From contig CAVRUH010000007.1 of assembly GCA_963724325.1 (NCBI GenBank), forward strand, positions 320,001 to 384,000: DNA of 64,000 nucleotides, given 5' to 3'. The stretch comes from Waddliaceae bacterium (GTDB lineage Bacteria; Chlamydiota; Chlamydiia; Chlamydiales; Waddliaceae). A program made the translations under genes and the position numbers. Of the stretch, positions 21,296 to 31,412 are shown one piece after another. The notes under the pieces were generated by a model. It searched no databases. It had not been told where the DNA came from and saw only the letters and a list, made by a program, of their open reading frames with translations. Each line of letters opens with the position of its first letter. Positions within the stretch are counted from its first letter, which is position 1.

Positions 21296-23200
21296 GTGCG
21301 CCACGAGGCGTCATTCTATCAGTGATGGGAAGGTCATCACTAGGTAAGTTAAACCCAAACAACCTATACCAAGTCATTGGGCTCTGGAGGTAACAAAATG
21401 AGTTAAGCGTATGACAGGGAAGATGCAGGCCGTGTGATTGAGCTCCGTTATTAATAGATCTAGGAGGCCGACACTGTGAGTGTTGATGGAAGGCAATATC
21501 ACGTTTACTCGCTAAGGGAATGAGAAACGGGACTCCTCGGGGTCGTAGAGCAGGGCATGTATCGAAGATAGAATGATGAACGTGGGATATCCTCTAGCTC
21601 TTCTAGATAGAAGTACCATCTCCCTAGTATAAAAGCGAGGAAGATGGGATGGCGAAGAGGAAGTCAGATGGATTCATAGTACCGATGAAGGGACGAACAA
21701 GGAGGGCAAAATGCCTCCGCGGAGTCACTGGAGGGAAGGAATCCTCGGCTTTTTATCAATCTGAATATGGAAACGTATGAGTACAATAGAGACTGCAATC
21801 CCAAAGCGGGATACGGACACGAAACTTGCAAGAGTAGCTTGGCTCTCTGCAAAGGATCCTCGTAAGGAATTTACATGTTTAATGCATTTCTACAACGAGG
21901 AATCACTTCTAAAATGCTATCAAACGCTGGATGGAAAGAAGGCGGTTGGTATCGACAAGGTGACAAAAGACCACTATGGGTTAAACCTCAGAGAAAATCT
22001 TAACAACCTTCTGGAACGCATGAGGAAGATGGCCTATAGACCAGGTAATATCAGGGAAGTACTGATCGAAAAGGAAGATAAGCCAGGTGCATATCGACCA
22101 CTTGGTATCAGTAATTTTGAAGATAAGATGATCCAGATGCAAACGGCTAGAATACTGGAAAGTATATATGAACCAATATTCAAGAACTGCTCATTTGGTT
22201 TCAGACCAGGTAAAAGCTGCCATGATGCTATCAAAGCACTGCATAAATTTCTATACACAAACGAAATTGATACAGTTATTGATATGGACATGGCAAACTT
22301 CTTTGGTACCATAGATCACAAGATCTTGGAAGATTTCATGCGAATGAAAATCAAGGACCCAAAGTTTATGAGATACATCATTAGAATGTTCAAAGCTGGT
22401 ATAATATCAGAAGGAGAACTTAGAATGACGGAGGAAGGAGTACCTCAGGGGTCGGTATGCAGCCCGATTATGGCTAACATATACGCGCATTATGTCTTGG
22501 ACACATGGATTGAAGAAATAATTCAACCCAAATGTTGTGGACAGGTGAAACTCTTCCGGTACGCTGATGATGCTATCATATGCTGTGAAAAAGAGCAAGA
22601 TGCAAAAAGAATCCTGGAAGTACTGGATAAACGTCTTGCAAAATTTAATCTCAAATTAAATAAAGACAAAACCAAGGTTGTACCTTTCTCAAAGGCAAAA
22701 GCCGGTAAAGGCATACAACAGGGAACCTTTGACTTCCTAGGATTCACATTCTACCTCGGTAAATCCAAGATGGGTAAATGGATACCAAAATTGAAGACTG
22801 CAAAGAAAAGATGTGTGACGAAACTGAAACGAGTCACAACATGGGTTAAAGAAAACAGGAACAAATACAAACTAGTCCCATTATGGAAAAAGTTCTGCTC
22901 AAAACTGAGGGGACACATCCAATACTATGGGGTCTCCTTCAACTTCGCGAATGTAAAACTATTCATAGAAGAGTCCAAAAAGACATTCTTTAAATGGATG
23001 AACCGCAGAAGTCAAAGAAGATCTATGACTTGGGAAAAGTTTGATAGGTTTCGACTAAAACACCCGTTACCCGCAGTGGTTATTAAACATAGGCTATTTT
23101 GAGAGAACGAGCGAGTGGTAGGTCGGGAGCCCACTGCCTTAATTGGGCACGGTGGGATCTAATGAGGGGGGAGCCGGGTGACCGGTCTCCTCTACTCTCT
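21296..23200 (+). mobile_element. Group II intron, copy 2 (1905 nt)
   Basis: Same length and ends as copy 1; flanks gggtcactc | cataacagatcc restore the 147-bp unit. Confidence 0.95.
21777..23102 (+). CDS. ltrA: Group II intron reverse transcriptase/maturase
   Basis: Identical to 12242-13567 except AVAIK to AVVIK near the C-terminus. Confidence 0.95.
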   Translation: MSTIETAIPKRDTDTKLARVAWLSAKDPRKEFTCLMHFYNEESLLKCYQTLDGKKAVGIDKVTKDHYGLNLRENLNNLLERMRKMAYRPGNIREVLIEKEDKPGAYRPLGISNFEDKMIQMQTARILESIYEPIFKNCSFGFRPGKSCHDAIKALHKFLYTNEIDTVIDMDMANFFGTIDHKILEDFMRMKIKDPKFMRYIIRMFKAGIISEGELRMTEEGVPQGSVCSPIMANIYAHYVLDTWIEEIIQPKCCGQVKLFRYADDAIICCEKEQDAKRILEVLDKRLAKFNLKLNKDKTKVVPFSKAKAGKGIQQGTFDFLGFTFYLGKSKMGKWIPKLKTAKKRCVTKLKRVTTWVKENRNKYKLVPLWKKFCSKLRGHIQYYGVSFNFANVKLFIEESKKTFFKWMNRRSQRRSMTWEKFDRFRLKHPLPAVVIKHRLF

Positions 23201-23511
23201 CATAACAGATCCTTAAATTTGGAGTGACCCAATTCATTGGGTCTTTTTCAGGGCTGAATTTATTCGGCCCTGTGGATGGCAAGATATCGCCGTTCACCGT
23301 GCCCAATAAATTGAGCACGGAAAAAGACCCAATGAATTGGGTCGCTCCATAACAGATCCTTAAATTTGGAGTGACCCAATTCATTGGGTCTTTTTCAGGG
23401 CTGAATTTATTCGGCCCTGTGGATGGCAAGATATCGCCGTTCACCGCGCCCAATCAATTGGGTCGCACCATAAAAAATTGCGATCATGCTTCTTTAGAGA
23501 TAACAAATTCT

Positions 23512-23540
23512 TGCTATAATATTCGATTTTGTGGTATAAT
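23512..23540 (+). promoter_or_regulatory. Candidate extended -10 promoter(s) for paralog 2
   Basis: TGcTATAAT at 23512-23520 and TGgTATAAT at 23532-23540, upstream of an AGGAG RBS. Confidence 0.45.
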
Positions 23541-23576
23541 AATTATATTAATTTATTTAAATCTTATAGGAGCAAT

Positions 23577-24968
23577 ATGGATTATACAGACCCAAAAAAT
23601 TATTCAATACTAAATAGTTATGATTTTTCGGATAAAAATCGCGTTAATTCGTTTTTGGATTGGGCAAGCACCCCCTGCCGCAGAGTCTTAGGCGGTAGAA
23701 ATGTCTATTTAAAGTCCTTACAATGGCATGATAAAATGTCTACTGCAAAAAAGGTGGCAGTCATATTTTTTTCAGTTTTGATTTTCCCTATTGCGATTAT
23801 TTCACTAGCAAGCCTTGCAGTTAAAGTCATTACATTGCCATGGATATGGGAAAAGAAAAAAATGGCATCGCAAGTTACCCAAACAACTAATGCCTACAAT
23901 CAATTTATACTCGCATGTAATCAAAATCGTCATAATGATGCACTTACAGAAATCGCAAAAATACCACAATTAGCCCAAAAAAGGGATGTAAATAACGCTC
24001 TTTTCAATGCAATTAACATGAAAATTAACAATAATGATTCTTGGGACGAGATTCAAGATTCATTAAGACTGCTTAGCACTGGTGATGCTGTTACCTTAAT
24101 CGATCACGCCGTAAAATTGAGATTAGACAATGAATTTAAAAATAACAACGCATTCATGAAAGGGGATGATATTTCAGACTTAATGATAAATTCATTAGTT
24201 GGAAAAGATGCTATTAAGGAGTGCTGTGATAAGTTAATTTCGAGCTCTTTAAATGTCGATGTTGCTTCAGGTAAAGTGGTATTAAATGCTAGAAAGATGG
24301 AATTAGCAGATCATGTTTTCACATACCGCACACGAATGATGCAAAATTTTGCTGAAAATGATGTAGAATATCGCTTGATTCCAATAATTGAGTCAAATGA
24401 AAGAGACAATTTATTCGCACAAAGTAGTAACGCCGGTATGACTTTACAATATAGAATGATGTTTAAATCAATACCCGATATGCGGCAGATTCATGATGCT
24501 TTAGACGATATACGTTCTATAACATTGTTGGGACAGAATGCCTTGGATGCCATTAATAACACTATTTCACAAGCACAATCTATCGATTGGAGCATGATTA
24601 GACAAAACTATGCAACATTTGATAATGCTATTAGAGGGTTGAGCATTTCTCAAGACGATACAAATATTTTAGATTATTATAAAAAATCTTATAATAATGT
24701 ATTCGATTTAATTGATATTTTCTTGAAGGATGAAACAACAGAAGATGATGTAGCAAAGGCAAAAGCCATACAAGAATCCTGTCAACAACCGAATCTAGCT
24801 GATTTACAACAGACACAAGGTTATCAATCTTTATTAGATAGCATGCTGGAGCAATTACATTTACAAAGGGCAGTAACAATAACTGAAATTGAAAAACTAA
24901 TATCAGGGTTTATTCTAACTGAGTCTGAAAAAATTTTTAACAATTTTTTAAACTCCGCTACACTGTAA
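23577..24968 (+). CDS. Hypothetical Inc-like protein, paralog 2 (463 aa)
   Basis: ATG at 23577 after taggagcaat (same RBS as paralog 1); highly similar N-terminal two-thirds, divergent C-terminus. Confidence 0.8.
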   Translation: MDYTDPKNYSILNSYDFSDKNRVNSFLDWASTPCRRVLGGRNVYLKSLQWHDKMSTAKKVAVIFFSVLIFPIAIISLASLAVKVITLPWIWEKKKMASQVTQTTNAYNQFILACNQNRHNDALTEIAKIPQLAQKRDVNNALFNAINMKINNNDSWDEIQDSLRLLSTGDAVTLIDHAVKLRLDNEFKNNNAFMKGDDISDLMINSLVGKDAIKECCDKLISSSLNVDVASGKVVLNARKMELADHVFTYRTRMMQNFAENDVEYRLIPIIESNERDNLFAQSSNAGMTLQYRMMFKSIPDMRQIHDALDDIRSITLLGQNALDAINNTISQAQSIDWSMIRQNYATFDNAIRGLSISQDDTNILDYYKKSYNNVFDLIDIFLKDETTEDDVAKAKAIQESCQQPNLADLQQTQGYQSLLDSMLEQLHLQRAVTITEIEKLISGFILTESEKIFNNFLNSATL

Positions 24969-24991
24969 CGTCTAAAAAACTTGATAGCCTG

Positions 24992-25130
24992 AAATTTGGA
25001 GCGACCCAATTCATTGGGTCTTTTTCAGGGCTGAATTTATTCGGCCCTGTGGATGGCAAGATATCGCCGTTCACCGCGCCAATAAATTGGGCACGGAAAA
25101 AGACCCAATGAATCGGGTCGCTCCATAACA
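24992..25130. repeat. Single family A element (147-bp type) between convergent genes
   Basis: tttggagcgacccaattcattgggtc...gggtcgctccataaca, near-identical to the array-2 unit. Confidence 0.9.
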
Positions 25131-25149
25131 AAAATTAGTATGCTTATCA

Positions 25150-25773
25150 CTAATAGACGACGCCGCAAGAGATGATGTACTTAAAGGCTTCTTCGATGGT
25201 CATATCGAGAAGAAGCAGTTCATTGCGGGGGTACATCATGAGGAATCCTGAGGTAGGATTGGGGGTTGTTGGTACGAAGACAGCAACCATATCTTCTTGG
25301 ATGCTGCTATGCAGTCCTTGTATTGATTCGCGGGTGACGAGACCTACGGTATATGAGCCAGCTTTTGGAAAGGGCACTAAAACTACTTGTTTAAAGGCGC
25401 TGCTTTTTGAAGCAAACATTGTTTTAATGATATCTTGAGAGGTCTTATAGATGGTATTCACAAGAGGAATTCTGTGAAGGACGAAATCACCAAACCGTAT
25501 AAAATAATGAGCAAAAATCCAACGTGTAAAAATACCTAATAAAACGATAAAGAAGAAGATAAATGTCAAAATAAAGATTTCGCTGATGCATTGCTGGGCT
25601 TGTTCGGCGCTTAAAAAGAGAAATCCATTGTCAAAAATATGCAGTTGCCTCATTACAGCGCTGACGATGCCGACAAAGGGGCGTGTCAGCATGTTTGCAA
25701 AGAAAAAAATGATCATGACTGTGAGGGCAAGAGGGAGTAAAAGTACTAATCCGGTGATGAAGTGTTTTTTCAT
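25150..25773 (-). CDS. DUF502 family membrane protein
   Basis: FITGLVLLLP, RIPLVNTIY, VFVPTTPNPTSGFL, AFKYIISCG motifs. Confidence 0.88.
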   Translation of the reverse strand: MKKHFITGLVLLLPLALTVMIIFFFANMLTRPFVGIVSAVMRQLHIFDNGFLFLSAEQAQQCISEIFILTFIFFFIVLLGIFTRWIFAHYFIRFGDFVLHRIPLVNTIYKTSQDIIKTMFASKSSAFKQVVLVPFPKAGSYTVGLVTRESIQGLHSSIQEDMVAVFVPTTPNPTSGFLMMYPRNELLLLDMTIEEAFKYIISCGVVY

Positions 25774-25774
25774 T

Positions 25775-27925
25775 CTATCGGCGCCTCTTTTTCTTTCTTA
25801 CTTTTGTGGGAACGATGTTCCAGCTGGTTTCAAGAAAAATGAGGTCGATATTTTTGAGCATCACTTGGATGACATCGCCTGCAAAATAGGTGATGGAGGT
25901 CCGGTTTCCTTTGAGATGTTGTTTGTCGGCGTCATATACAAAGTAATCTTGCTCTAGTTCAGACACATGCAGGAATGATTCGAGCATTAGGTCGGCAATT
26001 TCAAAAGCTATTCCAAAGGGCTTTACGCGGGTGACAACGGCATCGAATTGTTTGTAGGGCTCATTTTTGGTGAGGTTCTCAAGAAGACGCAATTTCTTCA
26101 TGAGGACGACTCTGTTTTCGGCTTTTTCGCTGATGCGTTCCGTTTCGGAACAGTGTTTTGAGATAGCGGTGAGTTTTTCCATGGAGAGATCTTCGCCAAA
26201 GAGAATTCGGTGTACAATGAGGTCGATATAGCGGCGTATAGGACTTGTAAAGTGGCAATAGTGTTCGAGGCCAAGTCCGTAGTGACCGATGTTTTCCGGA
26301 GAATATATCGCCAGACGCATGCGGCGAATGTAATTGGTAGCCAAATATTGTCCAAAAGTGGTTTTGAGGGCTTCGTCGAAGAATTCTTGGAACTCATGAG
26401 GAGTTGGATTATTTGGGAGTTTGAAGCCGAAGGCTGTTGCCAGCTGAGTGAATTCACGCAAACTATCGGGAGAAGGTTCTTCGTGAACGCGATAAGTCAC
26501 AGGTTTTCCATGTTTGCTGAGGTGCTCGGCGACAAGTTCGTTGGCTTTGAGCATAAATTCTTCAACCATCTGGTGGGTGATGTCGTATTCGATTCGGTCT
26601 GTTCCTTTTGGATTGCCATTTTCATCCACCATAACTACGAGATCAGGAATGGAGAACTCGATGCTTCCCCGTTCGTATCGTTTTTTCTTGAGGAGGAGGC
26701 AGAGATCAACCATTCTTTGCAGAGTTTTTGAGTAAGGGTTTTCTACTTTTCCATCCAGGACATCTTTGGCTTCTTTATAAGTAAATCTTTTTTTGCTTTT
26801 AATGACTGAGCGTGCCATTCGGTAGTCGAGCAGATTTCCTTGTTTGTCGAAGGTCATCATGACTGAAGCGGTCAGACGCTCGACATTGGGGCGGAGACTG
26901 CAAAGGTTTTCTGAGAGTTCAGGCGGCAGCATCGGAACGCATGTGCCGGGGAAATAGGTGCTATTTGCGCGGGCTTTGGCCTCTTCATCCAGTGCAGTGC
27001 CTGGCGATACATAGTATGCAACGTCGGCAATGTGGACTCCTAGGTGGTAATTTCCCTTCCTATCTTTCGTTAGCGTGAGTGCATCATCGAAATCCTTGGC
27101 GGTATCGGGATCGATTGTAACTGATTCAAGCTTGCGAAAATCTTCTCGTTTTTTAATTTCTGCTTCAGGAATTTTTTCTCCGAATTTTTTTGCTTCTGCA
27201 ACGGCTTTTGATGGGAAGTCTTGGCGGATTTCGAATTCTTCTATGGCAGCTTGAATATCGCATGAGGGGTCGGTGATATGTCCCAGGTGGTGGGTGGCGC
27301 GGCAGATTGTTTCGCCTCCTTTTTCACCCCAATCGACTACCTCGAGGACGACTCTGTCTCCTACGCGAAGTTCGCCCCATTCGCAATCTTGCACAAGGAC
27401 CCGTCTGTCTTGTCCTAAAATGGGTACATATGCAATGGAGGTGTCGCCATGTTCGATTTTGCTGATAACGCCAGCGATGTGGGTGCGTGATCTTTCAACG
27501 ATCGCAACGATTTCGCCCTCTGGTCCTTTTTCTGACACAGCCAGCAAATTTACTTTTACTTCGACAATGTCGCCATCGACGGCGTTCATTGCCAAATGTT
27601 TCGGAATAAAAATATCTTGAGTCAAAGTTGTTGGGTCTTGAGGCTGAACAAAGCCAAAACCTCTCGGGTGAAGGCGTAATACACCTCGGATAATATCTAT
27701 TCCGTCTTCGACGATGGAGTAGCGATTCTTTTTGAGTTTCACTACTTTTCGTGAGACTAAGTCTTCCAAAACTTCTTTGTATAGAGGTTTATGTGAAGTT
27801 GGAAGTGATAATTTTTTCATTAATTCAGTGCGCGTCATAGGGGAATAGGCGCGACCGGAAATGTACTGTTCCGTGAGGCGGGACAGGTTGGCAAATAGCT
27901 TGCTCTCTTTGTGTGAGCGTTTCAT
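25775..27925 (-). CDS. rnr: Ribonuclease R
   Basis: HPRGFGF cold-shock domain, TIDPDTAKDFDDA, HFTSPIRRY, C-terminal S1; start uncertain. Confidence 0.93.
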   Translation of the reverse strand: MKRSHKESKLFANLSRLTEQYISGRAYSPMTRTELMKKLSLPTSHKPLYKEVLEDLVSRKVVKLKKNRYSIVEDGIDIIRGVLRLHPRGFGFVQPQDPTTLTQDIFIPKHLAMNAVDGDIVEVKVNLLAVSEKGPEGEIVAIVERSRTHIAGVISKIEHGDTSIAYVPILGQDRRVLVQDCEWGELRVGDRVVLEVVDWGEKGGETICRATHHLGHITDPSCDIQAAIEEFEIRQDFPSKAVAEAKKFGEKIPEAEIKKREDFRKLESVTIDPDTAKDFDDALTLTKDRKGNYHLGVHIADVAYYVSPGTALDEEAKARANSTYFPGTCVPMLPPELSENLCSLRPNVERLTASVMMTFDKQGNLLDYRMARSVIKSKKRFTYKEAKDVLDGKVENPYSKTLQRMVDLCLLLKKKRYERGSIEFSIPDLVVMVDENGNPKGTDRIEYDITHQMVEEFMLKANELVAEHLSKHGKPVTYRVHEEPSPDSLREFTQLATAFGFKLPNNPTPHEFQEFFDEALKTTFGQYLATNYIRRMRLAIYSPENIGHYGLGLEHYCHFTSPIRRYIDLIVHRILFGEDLSMEKLTAISKHCSETERISEKAENRVVLMKKLRLLENLTKNEPYKQFDAVVTRVKPFGIAFEIADLMLESFLHVSELEQDYFVYDADKQHLKGNRTSITYFAGDVIQVMLKNIDLIFLETSWNIVPTKVRKKKRRR

Positions 27926-27999
27926 GTTAATTTTCTCATTCATCTTTAATGAAAAGTGTAGCATAATTGTGCCAATTAAGAAAGCAATTTGGAGAAAAT

Positions 28000-30492
28000 A
28001 TGAATCCTCGTTATGAACATAAGAAAATCGAAGCTAAGTGGCAGAGATATTGGGACGAACATAAAACGTTCAAAACTGAATACGATCCTTCTAAACCGAA
28101 GTACTACATTCTCGATATGTTTCCCTATGTTTCGGGCTCAGGACTACATGTGGGGCATGCGGAAGGGTATACTGCGACCGATATTCTGGCTCGTTATAAA
28201 AGGCAAAAAGGATTTAACGTGCTCCACCCTATGGGTTGGGACAGCTTTGGATTGCCGACAGAACAGCATGCCATACGGACCGGAACACACCCAGCCATTA
28301 CAACGCAGGAAAATATAAATAATTTCCGTAAACAACTGAAAGCGTTGGGCTTCAGTTACGATTGGGATCGCGAAATTGCGACAAGTGATGCCACTTACTA
28401 TAAATGGACCCAATGGATTTTCACAAAATTGTATGAAAAGGGTCTGGCTTACGAGGCAAATATGCCAGTAAACTACTGTCCAGCTCTAGGAACTGTGTTG
28501 GCAAACGAAGAAGTAGAGAATGGAAAGTCCAAAGAAGGGGGGCATCCTGTTGAACGCAGGCCATTGAAACAGTGGATTCTAAAGATCACTGCATATGCCG
28601 AACGGCTCATTGACGATCTTGAAGAGCTCGACTGGCCCGACAGCCTAAAAAAATTGCAAATTAATTGGATTGGCAAAAGTAAAGGAGCTCATGTCGATTT
28701 CACTGTTAAAAACAGCAAGGAAAAACTGACTGTATTCACTACACGCCCGGACACGCTATTTGGCGCTACCTTTATGGTGCTGGCTCCCGAGCACCCCTTG
28801 GTGAAAGAAATTACGACCTCTGACAACAAAGAATCTGTTGCAAAGTATCAAAAAATGACCGAATCGGAAAGCGATATGGACCGGACCGATATTACTAAAG
28901 AAAAAACAGGTGTTTTCACTGGCGGCTACGCGATTAATCCGGTGAATGATGCAGAAATACCGATCTGGATTTCAGACTATGTCCTTATGGGCTATGGCAC
29001 AGGAGCTATCATGGCAGTTCCTGCGCATGACGAGAGGGACGAAGAGTTTGCCCGCAAGCATAATCTGCCTATTATCGAGGTATATGATTCTCCAGATGAA
29101 ACAAATTGCATTCATAGCGCAAACAAGGAAGTATCCTTGAATGGACTTGCAGCAGATGCAGCGAAGGAGAAAATCACATCATGGCTGGAATCCAAAGGGC
29201 TTGGAAAAGCAGCTGTGACGTACAAACTGCGCGACTGGCTGTTTTCACGACAACGCTATTGGGGCGAACCATTCCCAATCCTGCACTTTGAAGATGGCTC
29301 TAAAAGGGTTTTAGGACTTGATGAGCTTCCTCTTTGCCCTCCTGATCTAGACGATTTCAAACCATCGGGTGACACAAATGGTCCACTGGCAAAGGTAAGA
29401 TTTGGGTCGAGATCACAGATCCCAAAACAGGAAAAAAGGCTTTAAGAGAGACCAATACTATGCCGCAATGGGCAGGATCTTGTTGGTATTATCTCCGTTT
29501 TGCGATCCCCTAATACAACAATCAAGCTTGGAGATCCGGAAAAGGAAAAATACTGGATGCCAGTAGACGTGTACGTTGGAGGTGTCGAACATGCCGTTCT
29601 ACACTTACTGTATGCTCGTTTTTGGCATAAAGTCCTCTATGACTGCGGTACGTGACGACGAAAGAACCTTTCAAAACTTTGCGCAACCAAGGATTAATCG
29701 TCTCCCGTTCCTTCAAAAATAGCCGCAATGTCTATGTGCCAGCAAATCTCGTGAAAGAGAAAAATGGGGTCTACTACACATATAGAGACCGGGGAAGAGC
29801 TCGCCTCGCAAATCGAAAAAATGTCCAAATCAAAACTCAATGGAGTGGTGCCTGATGAAGTCATTGAAGAGTTTGGAGCAGACTCCCTACGCCTCTATGA
29901 AATGTTTATGGGGCCTCTAGACAGAGAAAAAGTTTGGAATACCGATGCTGTAAGCGGCTGCCGAAGATTTCTGAGTCGTTTTTTTGAAATGGTTTGCTCA
30001 GATAAAGTTATAGAAGAGGATACCCCAGAAGCCCTGAAGTTAGGACACAAGCTGGTTCATGACGTTGAGCGCGATATAGAACTCATGCAGTTTAATACGG
30101 CTATCGCAAAAATGATGGAATTCATGAATGACTTCACTAAATTATCGCATTATCCTCGAAATGTTCTAAAAATGCTGACTCAACTCATCTTGCCATTCGC
30201 TCCGCACGTGGCCGAAGAAGCCTGGAGAGTATTGGGTTGCACAGAGGAGTTGTCCTATGCTCCCTGGCCAAAGGTAGATCCTAAATATTTAGTCGAAGAA
30301 AGCGCAACATATGTCATTCAAGTGAATGGCAAAGTTAGGACGAGGCTAGATCTTCCAGTCAATAAAAGCGAAAACGAAATCCTTGAGCTTGCTCGCCGCG
30401 ATGATAATGTAAATAAATTTATTGATCAAAAAGAAGTAATTAAAGTGATTTTTGTTCCCAATAAACTACTAAATATAGTAGTAAAAGGTTAG
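28000..30492 (+). pseudogene. leuS: Leucyl-tRNA synthetase, split by several clustered frameshifts at ~29395-29790 (probably sequencing error in a functional gene)
   Basis: [22 protein letters not shown], then [31 protein letters not shown] and KMSKS in shifting frames. Confidence 0.9.
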
Positions 30493-30504
30493 GGGGAAAT
30501 TAAG

Positions 30505-30885
30505 ATGGAAATGGATATAGAAAAATTAAGTAAGCGCATGGTTGATGCAACTGCCGGCTATGATGAGAAGAAGTTTGCTAAATCAGTGGACTCATTGTTC
30601 ACTGATATTAAATCCTTTATGTCTGACACCAACAACATCAAGCACGCTGACCGATCAAGTATAAAAAAAGCGCAAGAAAGCCTTAATGAAGTTCAGCTGA
30701 TGATTGACATTCTTAAAAAGGAAAATCAACAAGAGGAAGAAGAGGCTGTAACTGCCTTAATATCCACCTTAAGCCCCCATAAATTAATACAATTTGATCA
30801 ATCGATTAAAGATCTTTCAGAATTTCTTCGTCTGGGCCATAAAGTGGAACCTAGCGAGGGTGCAGGTAAGGGGAGTCAAGAATGA
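30505..30885 (+). CDS. Hypothetical protein (126 aa)
   Basis: ORF in operon position between leuS and the YbhB gene, overlapping its start. Confidence 0.65.
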   Translation: MEMDIEKLSKRMVDATAGYDEKKFAKSVDSLFTDIKSFMSDTNNIKHADRSSIKKAQESLNEVQLMIDILKKENQQEEEEAVTALISTLSPHKLIQFDQSIKDLSEFLRLGHKVEPSEGAGKGSQE

Positions 30886-31313
30886 AAGTTGAGAGTTCAG
30901 CATTCAAGGCAGGAGAAAAAATTCCCAAGAAATATACTTGCGAGGGTGAGAACATCTCCCCTCCACTTAAAATTCTAGATATCCCAAAAAATGCCAAATC
31001 CCTAGTGATCATCGTGGAAGATCCCGACGCCCCAGTTGGCACATTCGACCACTGGCTTGCATGGAATATCACGCCAAAAGAACTGATTCCAGAAAAAGCT
31101 AAAGCCCCTGTAGAAGGGCGCAACCACTTTGGCGAACTTCGCTACCGCGGCCCCTGCCCACCCCGCGGCCCCGCTCATCGATATTACTTCAAGGTGTTTG
31201 CACTCAAGGATAAACTTGATCTTGCATCAGGGAGTCCCAAGTCAGAGCTTGAAGCATCTATCATTGGTCACGTGCTAGCAACGGCGCAACTCATCGGACT
31301 CTATCAGAGATAA
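30882..31313 (+). CDS. YbhB/YbcL family (PEBP/Raf kinase inhibitor-like) protein
   Basis: GENISPPL, EDPDAP, FDHW, YRGPCPP, HRYYF. Confidence 0.93.
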   Translation: MKVESSAFKAGEKIPKKYTCEGENISPPLKILDIPKNAKSLVIIVEDPDAPVGTFDHWLAWNITPKELIPEKAKAPVEGRNHFGELRYRGPCPPRGPAHRYYFKVFALKDKLDLASGSPKSELEASIIGHVLATAQLIGLYQR

Positions 31314-31412
31314 GCTTTCCTGAGAAAAATACAGGATATGCAGGATCGCAGGCGGCATGATGCGAAGGATGGGAAAAATGTTGTTATATGCCTTCTTAAT
31401 CTCTATTGTAAA

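Larger units (their letters stand above)
20927..23472. repeat. Family A array 2: half unit plus four 147-bp units (21014, 21161, 23213, 23360 truncated); second unit interrupted by a group II intron
   Basis: Exact 147-bp period; unit is largely the reverse complement of the array-1 core. Confidence 0.92.

Noticed and set aside
20922..21393. Short ORFs over family A repeats (also 11098-11706 and 23139-23613)
   Set aside because: Translations of the palindromic repeat on both strands; no RBS or independent coding evidence
21296..23200. Second intron as an assembly duplicate
   Set aside because: Different flanking repeat types with precise junctions, and at least one substitution relative to copy 1; read-level confirmation is still desirable
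19520..25130. Integron cassette array with attC sites
   Set aside because: No IntI tyrosine recombinase in the window, elements lack clear RYYYAAC/GTTRRRY ends, and the genes have their own promoter-like sequences
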